Below are positions 18,580 through 28,422 of a stretch of DNA of 64,000 nucleotides, one piece after another. Position 1 is the first letter of the stretch. Each line of letters starts with the position of its first letter. Both the position numbers and the translations under genes were made by a program. Location of the stretch: the IMG/VR virus record IMGVR_UViG_3300036958_000333, positions 192,001 to 256,000 of that record; one strand, 5' to 3'. The notes under the pieces were generated by a model. That model did not search any database. It had not been told where the DNA came from and saw nothing but the letters and a program-made list of their open reading frames with translations. This stretch comes from a virus. Taxonomy: Duplodnaviria > Caudoviricetes.

Positions 18580-19373
18580 ATTTTATAAAATTTATTATTT
18601 GAATATTCCATAAGTTGAAGTATTTTATTTGTTTTTTTCATATTAATCTCGTCTCTCCATATTCGTAATCTTGTATATTTTTTCAACAAATCTGAATAGA
18701 TTTTAATAAAATCTTTATTAATAAAATGATCTATTATATGTACTGAAAATTCATTACCAGAATTATAAATCATTTCTATTCCATCTAGAAATTCATGCAT
18801 ATTAAACATCTTTCCAGTAGGATGACAAGAAACTATAAATTTTATTTTTTTATTTATAATTTTTTTTAAATTATTAATATTATATATTGAAGTAAACAAT
18901 AATATATTTTTAGAATATTCTAAAAGTATATCAATTATTTTATTAATATTTTTATGCAACAAAGGTTCGCCTCCAGCTACTTCTATTATTAAATTAGAAT
19001 TAGGAAAATTAACTTTAAAATCATTAAATAATTTTAAAGTTAATTCTACTGGAATACTTTCTTTCGATAAATTGTTTGGATATTTTACACCACAATATAC
19101 ACAATCATTAAGACAAGTAGTAACTGGATGAAAACTCATTCTTATTATAGAATTATTATATTCACTTGTCTTTTCTGATCTAGTAGTATATGATAAATCA
19201 CAATCTATCTTGCATTCTTTATAATATTTACAACTAAAATCATTGCATAATTTAAAATTATTTTTTATTGAATATATCTCTATATTTTTATGAAAAAACT
19301 TATGGCATCTAAATACTTTCCAATCATCTGTTTTTTCAATAACAAACCAATTATTTCCTGCAGAACAATACAT
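18576..19373 (-). CDS. Radical SAM protein with N-terminal SPASM/twitch-like Cys domain
   Basis: N-terminal CSAG..WFVI...VFRCH...C..C..C..C, then CLNDCVYC and AGGEPLLH. Confidence 0.8.
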   Translation of the reverse strand: MYCSAGNNWFVIEKTDDWKVFRCHKFFHKNIEIYSIKNNFKLCNDFSCKYYKECKIDCDLSYTTRSEKTSEYNNSIIRMSFHPVTTCLNDCVYCGVKYPNNLSKESIPVELTLKLFNDFKVNFPNSNLIIEVAGGEPLLHKNINKIIDILLEYSKNILLFTSIYNINNLKKIINKKIKFIVSCHPTGKMFNMHEFLDGIEMIYNSGNEFSVHIIDHFINKDFIKIYSDLLKKYTRLRIWRDEINMKKTNKILQLMEYSNNKFYKI

Positions 19374-19376
19374 ATA

Positions 19377-20510
19377 TTAAATTTTTTCAAATTTTTTTTC
19401 AATTTCAACATTATTTGATGATTTATATAAACTATAAATTGTAAAGTTTTTACATCTATGTCCAATACAGTGTTTTTCATAATAAATATTAAAATTATAT
19501 TTTTTTTGAAAAACTTGTTGTTTAATGAATTTTTTAATTTCATCAATATGATCATTATTATCTATATGAATATTAAATGTTTCTAAATCTTCTTGTTGAA
19601 TTATTTGTAAATAATCATGTTTTTTTATTATATCCTTTAATATTATTAATTTATCAGTAAAATCTATTAATTCTCCTTTGTGGTTATATAAACATGTAAT
19701 CATACATGGTTCAAAATTAAATTTTCTATAATAACTTCCACATTCACATAAATGAAATTCGTTTTCTAAAGGATAAATATTATCTGGATTTCCATCTTTT
19801 TCATTCCACCAAGTATTATAAAAATTAAATAAATCTATTATTTTTCTATCTTCTGTACAATAAAACAGATTTTCCATCCAATGCATGTTTCCATATGGAC
19901 AAGTATAAAAAGCAGTACCTTCTTTCCAACTCCTCATTTGATTAACATATGGTATACCTAATTCTTTTAATATATTAAAATCAAAATATTTATTATCTGT
20001 TTCAGTTGTAGATATTACAGACGCTGTATTTTTAATCAAATCTATAAAATTATCATATCTTAAAAGTTCATGTAATGTCATAGGAGTACATATATAACAA
20101 ACATTGTTTAAATAATAAAAATCTTTTAAATTATTATATGGATTAATATAAAAAGCTTTTCCCTCGGATTGTATTTCTTTGTCATTAATATATGAATTGA
20201 TATTATATATTCTTAAATATAACTTGTTTTGTACATTATAAAATCTATGCATATAATTCCATATCAAATCACATATAATTCTAAAATTTGGACCCCATTT
20301 ATACATAACATGAGAACATTTAGTTGATCCATTAGATTTTAATTTTACATAATTACAAAAGTTATTTTTTAATTTTTTATATATTTTTTCTAGATCATAT
20401 AAGTGTTTATATGAAATTTTATTTTCTTGAATAAAATATCCTAAATTTTTTATACTATCTATTGGATTATTTATATATTCTTCATATTTTTTTATATATT
20501 CGTTATACAT
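19377..20510 (-). CDS. PaaK/CapK-like (phenylacetate-CoA ligase family) adenylating enzyme, divergent
   Basis: KSNGST (TSGST-like P-loop), FYTCPYGNMH..EN, CECG, YLQIIQ. Confidence 0.6.
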   Translation of the reverse strand: MYNEYIKKYEEYINNPIDSIKNLGYFIQENKISYKHLYDLEKIYKKLKNNFCNYVKLKSNGSTKCSHVMYKWGPNFRIICDLIWNYMHRFYNVQNKLYLRIYNINSYINDKEIQSEGKAFYINPYNNLKDFYYLNNVCYICTPMTLHELLRYDNFIDLIKNTASVISTTETDNKYFDFNILKELGIPYVNQMRSWKEGTAFYTCPYGNMHWMENLFYCTEDRKIIDLFNFYNTWWNEKDGNPDNIYPLENEFHLCECGSYYRKFNFEPCMITCLYNHKGELIDFTDKLIILKDIIKKHDYLQIIQQEDLETFNIHIDNNDHIDEIKKFIKQQVFQKKYNFNIYYEKHCIGHRCKNFTIYSLYKSSNNVEIEKKFEKI

Positions 20511-20528
20511 ATATTTAAAATTTTTATT

Positions 20529-21329
20529 TTATGTTTTTGTGTTATAAAATAAATCATAATATTTTTCTTTATATTTATATAAATCTAAACTAGTAACATG
20601 TAAAAAATCAAATTTTTTAAAATATTTGATATTATCAGTATTAAATGTTTTATTAGTACATACATCTAAAATAATTCCAGTATTTATATTTAATCTAGTA
20701 TAAGTAAGATTAAATATATTATTATATAATAAATTATATAAATTAGTTATCCTATATTTTAATAATAAATAAGCCATTAATATTTCATCATTTCCTTGAT
20801 ATATAGGAAAATTATTAATACATTTATAATATTTTTTTGCTTCATTTAATAAATTATAAATAGTTTGATTATTTTTAATTTCTTTTTTTAATATTTTTAT
20901 AAAAAAATCAAAATATTTTTTTGAAAATAAAATTAAAAAAAATTTAATATAACTATAATAATCTTTTTTAAAATTATTTATATCAAAAACGGAAAACATG
21001 AATTTATCTTTTATATTGTAATTTCTATTTTTATTTAAATTATTTTTTAGTTTTAATATTTTATTTTCAAAATCTAAACGATTTATATTTAATATTGTAT
21101 CAATATCTAATATAAAATAATAATCATATTTATTTAATAAATTATTGTTTATTGAAAATATAGTATAAAATCTTTCTATATAAGTATCATTTATGTTTTC
21201 AATTTTATTTTCTAATAATATACAATCATATCCATTGTTTTTACAATGAAATTCTTGCATTTTATATGCATCATAATAACTATTATATAATTTATTTTTA
21301 CATATTGAAAATATACACAATACAGACAT
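20529..21329 (-). CDS. Putative GT-A glycosyltransferase (GT34-like), paralog of 24790-25599
   Basis: YC..NGYD, YDYYFILDID (DxD), DE..MA, FLH. Confidence 0.6.
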   Translation of the reverse strand: MSVLCIFSICKNKLYNSYYDAYKMQEFHCKNNGYDCILLENKIENINDTYIERFYTIFSINNNLLNKYDYYFILDIDTILNINRLDFENKILKLKNNLNKNRNYNIKDKFMFSVFDINNFKKDYYSYIKFFLILFSKKYFDFFIKILKKEIKNNQTIYNLLNEAKKYYKCINNFPIYQGNDEILMAYLLLKYRITNLYNLLYNNIFNLTYTRLNINTGIILDVCTNKTFNTDNIKYFKKFDFLHVTSLDLYKYKEKYYDLFYNTKT

Positions 21330-21349
21330 AAATATTATATATTATTTAA

Positions 21350-21367
21350 ATAAGAGTTGTTGTTAAT
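21350..21367. repeat. Left arm of an 18-bp perfect inverted repeat (ATAAGAGTTGTTGTTAAT)
   Basis: Exact reverse complement of 21728-21745. Confidence 0.9.
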
Positions 21368-21376
21368 AATTATTAA

Positions 21377-21700
21377 TTATACTGATTTAAAAGCTATTGA
21401 TATATCATAATAATTTTCATCTTCATAACAAGAATAATTCCAACAACAAGAAATAAATTTAATATCTTTATTTAATACTTCTTTTAATGAAGATTTCAAC
21501 TTAATAACATAATCACTATCATTTGCAATATATTCTGGCAATTCGTCTTCTGTTATTGTAAAATGAATATCTATTTCACTTTTTTGAATATTTTTTGATG
21601 TTAAAAATTGAGACCCAGAAATTTTTAAATTCGTTAGATTTTTTGAAAACGCAGAATTTAAAAAATTTTTAATACTATCTACGAGTTTTTCATTTTTCAT
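21377..21700 (-). CDS. Hypothetical protein enclosed by the inverted repeats
   Basis: 107 aa with a strong GGAGGT SD. Confidence 0.75.
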   Translation of the reverse strand: MKNEKLVDSIKNFLNSAFSKNLTNLKISGSQFLTSKNIQKSEIDIHFTITEDELPEYIANDSDYVIKLKSSLKEVLNKDIKFISCCWNYSCYEDENYYDISIAFKSV

Positions 21701-21727
21701 ATTTTACCTCCAGCCTGAAAAATTGGC

Positions 21728-21745
21728 ATTAACAACAACTCTTAT
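21728..21745. repeat. Right arm of the 18-bp perfect inverted repeat (ATTAACAACAACTCTTAT)
   Basis: Exact reverse complement of 21350-21367. Confidence 0.9.
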
Positions 21746-21763
21746 AATAAATAAGAAATATTA

Positions 21764-22099
21764 TTAGTCTTTTTTTATAATATTTATAAAATTTTCATCA
21801 TTTAATAATTCACATGGATTGTCTGGCAATTTTCTATAATATAAATAATATACATATTCATATATTTTTATACATGTATCAGGATCTGCTAAATGTAATA
21901 ATTTATGATGATTTGAACATAACATTACTATATTTATAGAACTATCTTTTCCTCCAAGACATATTGGATTAACATGATGATATTCTTTTTTTTCTTGAGA
22001 ATCACAACAAACACACTTTCCTTTTTGTCTTTGTTTAATAAACTCTTTTAATTGTTTGTTTAATTTATTTCTTTTCTTTATTTCCATAATATTTGTCAA
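21764..22099 (-). CDS. HNH endonuclease
   Basis: CVCC...EYHHVNP..LGG....NIVMLCSNHH..LH. Confidence 0.85.
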   Translation of the reverse strand: MTNIMEIKKRNKLNKQLKEFIKQRQKGKCVCCDSQEKKEYHHVNPICLGGKDSSINIVMLCSNHHKLLHLADPDTCIKIYEYVYYLYYRKLPDNPCELLNDENFINIIKKD

Positions 22100-22781
22100 A
22101 TATACTTATTATTTTATTAGAAATATCATCATGATTATCTAGTATTTTATCATTTGGCATAAGTTCTAATACTTTTTTTATTTTATATGGAGGGATTTCT
22201 TTATACCATACTCTTCTTTTTAATACATAAATATAAAAATATAAATAAGAATTTGCACCTCTAATATATTTATCTATTTTTATTGGAAGATCAAAGTCTT
22301 TAATCATTTTAACGGTTCTTTTTTCACAATCTCTTTCGCATTCTAATGTTCTTTTAACATATTCTTTTATTTTATTTTTTGAAAACTCTTTTCCCGTTAT
22401 CCAATCATCCATCAGGGAACTAACATCTACTTTTTTTCCTTTTACATTATCATATAATATATTCCAATACTTTGATTTTTCAACCCATTGTCTATAATGA
22501 CAAAATTCATGAACAAAAATAGGAAACCATTCGTCTATATCATTACCAATTGCACATATAAATTCGGGATAATTATTATAAGAAAAATAACCTATTGATT
22601 TCTCATTATCTTTATAATGAATAAACTTTTTATCTAAAAAACGTATTTTAACATTATTATCAGACATTTCCTTTATAGCATATTTTATGAATTTATCTAT
22701 TTTATTATTATTTTTATATATTGATTTATATACAAAAAGATTATTATTAGATTCATTTATATATTCACTAAATTTCTTCAT
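22065..22781 (-). CDS. Putative zincin-like metallopeptidase; N-terminus resembles a capsid-targeting sequence
   Basis: FVHEFCH (HExxH) with downstream ECERDCE; starts MKKFSEYINES. Confidence 0.6.
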   Translation of the reverse strand: MKKFSEYINESNNNLFVYKSIYKNNNKIDKFIKYAIKEMSDNNVKIRFLDKKFIHYKDNEKSIGYFSYNNYPEFICAIGNDIDEWFPIFVHEFCHYRQWVEKSKYWNILYDNVKGKKVDVSSLMDDWITGKEFSKNKIKEYVKRTLECERDCEKRTVKMIKDFDLPIKIDKYIRGANSYLYFYIYVLKRRVWYKEIPPYKIKKVLELMPNDKILDNHDDISNKIISIFDKYYGNKEKK

Positions 22782-22820
22782 ATATATTTTTTATTATATA
22801 TTAAAAAATATACAATTAAT

Positions 22821-23789
22821 TTATTTTAATTTATTTACTTGTTTTTCAATCCAAGGATATGTCTTTTTTATACCATCTTCTAGATTATATTTAGCTTTCC
22901 ATCCTAACGAATATATCTTTTCATTGCTAAAATTTCTAGATTCTACACCAACAGGTCCATCAATGTAATTTATATTAATCTTCTTTTTAGCCACTTTTGC
23001 TACAACATTAACTAAATCATTAACAGATGAATATTCTGGAGATCCTATATTAACAGGGACAGAAATATCAGAATCTACTAATAAAATAATACCGTCAATT
23101 AAATCATCAATATAAGTATAACTACGAACAGCTTGTCCTAAGCTGTTTGGATTACTCCATATATCTATAGTTCCTCCATCTTCTACTTCTGCAACTTTCC
23201 TACATATTGCTGCTGGAGCTTTTTCTTTTTTATTATTCCAAGCTCCATATGGACCATAGGTATTCTGAAATCTAGCTATTCTAGGATGAAAACCATACTT
23301 TCTAGCATAATTTAATATTAAACGTTCAGCATATAATTTTTCCCATCCATATTCATTTTCAGGAATTGCCGGATAAGAATCTTCTTCCTTTAATTCAGGT
23401 TCACCTATTTTCATATCTCTATAAACACAAACAAATGAAGAAAAGAAATATTTTGGAATACCCAGTTTAGATATAGAATTAATTATATTAACATTAATTA
23501 ATGTATTATCATAAACAATTTCTTGTTCTTTATTAAAAATCCAACCCATTCCCCCCATGTTTGCTGCAAAATTAAAACATATATCACATGGTTTTCCATT
23601 TATCAATAATGAATCATAACAATTTTCTGAAAATCTTAAATCTAGTATTTTAAACTCATCAACTGGTATATTTCTAAATTCATGATATTTAATATCTACT
23701 CCTCTCACAAAGTATCCTAATTCTTTTAATTTATAACAAATATGTCCTCCAATAAATCCTCCTGCTCCACAAACAACTGCTTTTTTCAT
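22821..23789 (-). CDS. NAD-dependent epimerase, GDP-mannose 3,5-epimerase-like
   Basis: GAGGFIG, AANMGGMG, YGWEKL (YxxxK), KAPAAICRKV. The GGAGG SD favours start 23789 over 23801. Confidence 0.88.
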   Translation of the reverse strand: MKKAVVCGAGGFIGGHICYKLKELGYFVRGVDIKYHEFRNIPVDEFKILDLRFSENCYDSLLINGKPCDICFNFAANMGGMGWIFNKEQEIVYDNTLINVNIINSISKLGIPKYFFSSFVCVYRDMKIGEPELKEEDSYPAIPENEYGWEKLYAERLILNYARKYGFHPRIARFQNTYGPYGAWNNKKEKAPAAICRKVAEVEDGGTIDIWSNPNSLGQAVRSYTYIDDLIDGIILLVDSDISVPVNIGSPEYSSVNDLVNVVAKVAKKKININYIDGPVGVESRNFSNEKIYSLGWKAKYNLEDGIKKTYPWIEKQVNKLK

Positions 23790-23804
23790 TAATTCCTCCA
23801 TAAT

Positions 23805-24752
23805 TTATATATTTAAATAAGTTTCTATCTTATTTATTAAATTTCCTACATTTATATTTTTAAAACAATATGGTATATCATAATTTTTTCTATGACAATT
23901 GGATAATATCCTACACGGACAAGATTTTATTATATTTTTATATTTTATTTGATCATCATCTTTTAATTGTATTATTTTCATAGAATTTTGTTTAGTTATT
24001 ATTCTTGGAATAGTTGGTCCAAAAATTCCAACAACATTATTATTTTTGAAAGCACTAGCTATATTTAAATATATATTATCTGTACAAATTATATATTTTG
24101 AATTACTCATAATATCAAATATTTCATTTAAATTTAAAAAATATTTTAATATTTTTTTAGCCCAATAATCATTAGAATAATCAAAAAATGGTATTGCTAA
24201 TATTTTAATATCAAAACCTTTAATAATAAAATGATCATATATTTTTTTTTCTATTTCTTCTGGCAAAGCTGTTTTTTTATAACCGTTACAACAAATTATC
24301 ATTGATTTATTATTTAAATTATTATATAACATAGATATGTTTAAAGGATACTCTATTCCAATTTCTTTTGATAGTTCTATATGATTTGTATAAATAGAAT
24401 CATAACTTATTATTTTATAAACATGAAGTGGTTTTGAGTTTTTATGAAGATTATAATATTTAATAGGTTCTAAAATCCAATTTTTTAAATTTTCACTACA
24501 AGATATGAATATATCTAAATCTATATTATTATTTTTACAATGATTATATAAAGCAAGAGATAAAAGTAATGTTTGTATAAATATAATTAAATCAAAACCT
24601 TCATATTTAAAAACTATTTTTTTATTTTCAGATATATATATAGGCAAAGGATAATTATTAATTGTTTCCTTTTTTCTAATATTTAACTTATTTAATTTTA
24701 TCATTATTAAAAAATAAGAAAATTTCAATAAATATTTTATATAATAAAACAA
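23805..24752 (-). CDS. GT9 (heptosyltransferase-like) glycosyltransferase, divergent
   Basis: IICTDN..LNIASAF....VVGIFGPT and a C-terminal CPC...C...C. Start may be the later MIKLNK. Confidence 0.65.
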   Translation of the reverse strand: MFYYIKYLLKFSYFLIMIKLNKLNIRKKETINNYPLPIYISENKKIVFKYEGFDLIIFIQTLLLSLALYNHCKNNNIDLDIFISCSENLKNWILEPIKYYNLHKNSKPLHVYKIISYDSIYTNHIELSKEIGIEYPLNISMLYNNLNNKSMIICCNGYKKTALPEEIEKKIYDHFIIKGFDIKILAIPFFDYSNDYWAKKILKYFLNLNEIFDIMSNSKYIICTDNIYLNIASAFKNNNVVGIFGPTIPRIITKQNSMKIIQLKDDDQIKYKNIIKSCPCRILSNCHRKNYDIPYCFKNINVGNLINKIETYLNI

Positions 24753-24789
24753 ATAAATTGAATATTATTCATAATAATTTTAATTATTT

Positions 24790-25599
24790 TTACATTTTTT
24801 TAAAAAAGTTTTTTCTTTTATTTTTTCTTTTATTTAATAATTTATTGAAATCATATGTATAATATTTTTCTTTATTTTTACTAATTTCTAAAAATGCAAT
24901 ATGAATAATATCTGTTACAGGAGGTATTTTATTAAAATCTTCAGTAAAAGTTTTATCTGAAATATTTAAAAAACATGATTTAAAAATATTATTAGTATCA
25001 AAACTAAATATGTTTAACGTTTTATATTTTATTAAATGATATGCCATTAATTTTTCATCTTCACAAGACCATTTTGCTATTCTATCAATAAATTCATAAT
25101 ATTTGTTTGCTCTATCTAAGGAGATCATAATATCTGATTTGTTTTTCAATTCATTTTTTAATTGTTTTATAAAAAATTTAAAATATTTCTGCGAAAAACA
25201 TATATGACAAAATCTAATATAACTTCCTTCATTATTTTTTAAATCAATTATACTAAAATAAGATAATACAAATTTATCTTTTATATTATAGTTTTTATTT
25301 TCATTTAAATAATTTTTTAATTTTAATACTTTTTTTTTATATTCAGTACAATTAATATTTAATATAATATCAATATCTAAAATAACATAATAATCATATT
25401 TATCTAGTAAATTATCATTTATAGAAAGTAAAGTACAAAACCTTTCAATCCAAACATTATTTATACCTTTAATATTGTTTTCTAACAATATACAGTCATA
25501 TCCTTTTTGTTTACATATATTTTCTTGTATTTTATATGCGCTGTAATAATCATTATAAAATTCATTCTTGCATATTGAAAATATACATAAAATTGACAT
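24790..25599 (-). CDS. Putative GT-A glycosyltransferase (GT34-like), paralog of 20529-21329
   Basis: Start MSILCIFSICK matches the paralog's MSVLCIFSICK; YDYYVILDID. Confidence 0.6.
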   Translation of the reverse strand: MSILCIFSICKNEFYNDYYSAYKIQENICKQKGYDCILLENNIKGINNVWIERFCTLLSINDNLLDKYDYYVILDIDIILNINCTEYKKKVLKLKNYLNENKNYNIKDKFVLSYFSIIDLKNNEGSYIRFCHICFSQKYFKFFIKQLKNELKNKSDIMISLDRANKYYEFIDRIAKWSCEDEKLMAYHLIKYKTLNIFSFDTNNIFKSCFLNISDKTFTEDFNKIPPVTDIIHIAFLEISKNKEKYYTYDFNKLLNKRKNKRKNFFKKM

Positions 25600-25613
25600 A
25601 TATATATATATGT
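25596..25613. promoter_or_regulatory. 18-bp palindrome ACATATATATATATATGT containing both divergent start codons
   Basis: CAT at 25597-25599 and ATG at 25610-25612 are separated only by (AT)5. Confidence 0.55.
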
Positions 25614-26647
25614 ATAATTTTTTAAACTTAAATTTTAATGAATATAAAGACAAAATTGCCTTGGTTTATAGTTCTTTTTATATTTTTCCAGAAAATGTTG
25701 TATTAAATGAAGTTAATAATTTAGATAGACAAATAGAAATATGTAGAAATATAGAGTACAAAGAGAATTGGAAAGGTAGAGGAATAGTTATATCTTGTGG
25801 AAAAGATCATTACTATTTATTATATATTCAATTAAATATATTAAGAGATTTAAATATTAATTTACCTATAGAAATATGGAATTATCCAGATGAAATAGAT
25901 AACAATATAAGAAACAAGTTCTTGTCATATTTTAATTCGTTAGATATAGAATTTAGAGAATGTTTAGATACAAAATTTATTTGTCATAGATTTAGAGGAT
26001 GGATGATTAAAAATTATGCAATGTTTCATAGCAAATTTGAAGAAGTTATACAACTAGATGTTGATAGTTTTCCTCTTGTTAATCCAGAAAACCTATTCGA
26101 ATTAGAAGAATATAAAAAATATAAATGCATATTTTGGAATGATAGTAAACTATATAGTTCTAATAACAATATAATTATATGGTTAAATTTTAATAAAAAA
26201 AGCCAAATATGGAAATTTTCAAATGTTGAATATAATGATAATTTTCCAACATTAGAAGTCGGACAAGTCTACATAAATAAAAAATATCATTATTTACCAA
26301 TGTTATTGTCTTTGTACATAATAGAAAGATCCGACTTCTATTTTCATATATTTTACGGTGATAAAGATGTTTTTAATATCATATTTCATAGAATCAATAT
26401 TCCATTCGAATACTTAAATATATATCTTATTAATAATAATATTGGATTTTTAATATGCAAAAAATCATTAAATGAAAAATATTTTATTCATATGTCATTT
26501 GGGAATGCAAAGCTTAATAATATATTAAATATTAAATACAATAATAATTCTTTTTTATCACAAGAATTAAATATTATTTATAATTACTTTAATGAATTTG
26601 ATAATTTTATAAAACAAAAAAGTAATGTTTTTTTTAATAAATTATAA
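25610..26647 (+). CDS. GT71 / Mnn2-like alpha-mannosyltransferase
   Basis: GRGIVI, LPIEIW, K..AM..SKFEEV..LDVDSFPL.NP..LF, FWND, EVGQVYINK, YGDKD.F. Confidence 0.8.
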   Translation: MYNFLNLNFNEYKDKIALVYSSFYIFPENVVLNEVNNLDRQIEICRNIEYKENWKGRGIVISCGKDHYYLLYIQLNILRDLNINLPIEIWNYPDEIDNNIRNKFLSYFNSLDIEFRECLDTKFICHRFRGWMIKNYAMFHSKFEEVIQLDVDSFPLVNPENLFELEEYKKYKCIFWNDSKLYSSNNNIIIWLNFNKKSQIWKFSNVEYNDNFPTLEVGQVYINKKYHYLPMLLSLYIIERSDFYFHIFYGDKDVFNIIFHRINIPFEYLNIYLINNNIGFLICKKSLNEKYFIHMSFGNAKLNNILNIKYNNNSFLSQELNIIYNYFNEFDNFIKQKSNVFFNKL

Positions 26648-26821
26648 AATTATTTAATTTCATTTTTTAAAATTATTATGTGGTTATATAAATATAAATA
26701 TAATTAAATCAATATTCTATATTTAAAATTTTTTACAAAAAATAATAATTAATTTTTATATATCTTACTTATTTATATTATAAAAAAATAAATTTATACT
26801 TTAATAAATATTTTATATAAA

Positions 26822-26986
26822 ATGAATGAATTAAATAAATTTAATTTACTAATAGATAATTTTGATATCGAATTAAAGGAATATAAAATAGAAGAAAAAA
26901 TATTAATTATTGAAATTTTATTTTTATTATTAAATCAGACAGAATTTACGGAATTTTTATTTAAAGAAGAAAACAATATTGCGTAA
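26822..26986 (+). CDS. Small hypothetical protein (54 aa), not in the ORF track
   Basis: Hand-translated MNELNKFNLLIDNFDIELKEY...; overlaps the amidoligase start. Confidence 0.4.
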   Translation: MNELNKFNLLIDNFDIELKEYKIEEKILIIEILFLLLNQTEFTEFLFKEENNIA

Positions 26987-27779
26987 AACTGGAATAGAAA
27001 TTGAATTTGCAGATGTTAATATTTTTAATAAAAAAATATGCAAAGAGATATTTGTTAATTTAAAACTTCCATGTAATGAAAAAAACAACGATTTATATAA
27101 TCAGTGGATAGTTAAAGATGATCCAACATGTGGTTTTGAGATTAATACACCAATAATATATTCTAATAATGATTTTTATAATTTAAAGATTGTATTAAAA
27201 GAAATAAAAAAAACATATAAAGAAGAAGAAATAATAAATAAAGATTGTGGATTACATGTGCATATCGATATATCAAATTTTGTTAATGTAAAACAGTTTT
27301 TATATTTATTACAAATAACTAAAATACTTGAAAATACAATTATATTTAAAATTACAAACAAAACAAGAATAAGAAATAAATATTGTAAAAAAATATGTTA
27401 TTATAGCAAAGTTAAACAATGTTTAAATAACGATCTTAAAAAATTTTCTAAAAATATAAACAAATTACCAAAAAATTCCGGATTAAGTATAAAATCATAT
27501 AGCACTCTTGGTACAGCAGAATTTAGATATTATCAATCAACATTAAATTATTATGAAATAATAAATTGGATAAATTTTTTACAAAAAATAATTGATTTTA
27601 TATTTGATAAAAATAATATAAAATGGTTAGATAATAACTATTATAAAATAATGAATAAAACAAAAAAAATTAGCCATAAAAAAATATTTAAAATTCTTAA
27701 ATTAAATAGAGAAACTATTAATTTTATACAAAAAAAGGTTAAAGAAAATGTACGGAATGTTTTATGTAAAAAAAAATAA
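26979..27779 (+). CDS. Putative amidoligase (COOH-NH2 ligase type 2)
   Basis: GIEIEF, W.VKDD.TCGFEI.TP, CGLHVHI, TAEFR. Confidence 0.85.
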   Translation: MRKTGIEIEFADVNIFNKKICKEIFVNLKLPCNEKNNDLYNQWIVKDDPTCGFEINTPIIYSNNDFYNLKIVLKEIKKTYKEEEIINKDCGLHVHIDISNFVNVKQFLYLLQITKILENTIIFKITNKTRIRNKYCKKICYYSKVKQCLNNDLKKFSKNINKLPKNSGLSIKSYSTLGTAEFRYYQSTLNYYEIINWINFLQKIIDFIFDKNNIKWLDNNYYKIMNKTKKISHKKIFKILKLNRETINFIQKKVKENVRNVLCKKK

Positions 27780-28080
27780 TGTTGTAAATATAATATTTTT
27801 ATTTGAAATTAATAAAAATTATCCATATGAAACAAAAAATAATAATATAAGAATATTTGATTGGAAACAGGTTAAAATAAATAATATAATAAAAAATAAA
27901 ATAATAAAAAGTATTAATGAAAATTTCAAACAACCAATAGAAACTTATTATCAAATATTTAAAGATAAAAATGAAATAAAAAAATTTTGTAAAATTAATA
28001 ATATACAAAATTTAGAATCAATATTTAAAACATCTAATCTAGAAATAGATATAGATAACTTACTTTCTCTTAGAATCTGA
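27748..28080 (+). CDS. Hypothetical protein
   Basis: 110-aa ORF overlapping the amidoligase end. Confidence 0.5.
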   Translation: MYGMFYVKKNNVVNIIFLFEINKNYPYETKNNNIRIFDWKQVKINNIIKNKIIKSINENFKQPIETYYQIFKDKNEIKKFCKINNIQNLESIFKTSNLEIDIDNLLSLRI

Positions 28081-28404
28081 TTTTTTATTCTTATGTCTTC
28101 TTAAAAATATTCTAGGAACTATAATAGAACGATTAGTATCTATAACTTTCACAACAATATCGTTTTTATCACACTCTTTTATAATTCCACCATTTTTCTT
28201 TAAAAGATTATAATTTTCCATTAATAAATCTTTATCTTTGTTTAAATATCCGATTTTAGAAATAACATTTTTTTCAGATAACCTTATAACAACTCTTTCT
28301 CCTATTTTTAGTTTATTATTTTCATCAAAAACAATAGATGATTCATTACTAGATATCAACCATTTTTTAAAATCTTTTAATGAAAATGAAGGTTCATTAT
28401 TCAT
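28060..28404 (-). CDS. Hypothetical protein
   Basis: GGTGA SD; follows the giant tail gene. Confidence 0.65.
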   Translation of the reverse strand: MNNEPSFSLKDFKKWLISSNESSIVFDENNKLKIGERVVIRLSEKNVISKIGYLNKDKDLLMENYNLLKKNGGIIKECDKNDIVVKVIDTNRSIIVPRIFLRRHKNKKSDSKRK

Positions 28405-28422
28405 AAAATCACCAATATACGA

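Noticed and set aside
20529-25599. Diversity-generating retroelement template/variable repeat pair among the duplicated genes
   Set aside because: The paralog pairs differ at all base types and by indels over their whole length, and there is no reverse transcriptase in the window.
26648-26821. Replication origin in the extremely AT-rich spacer
   Set aside because: No iterons or distinctive repeats; it cannot be told apart from a promoter/terminator spacer by eye.
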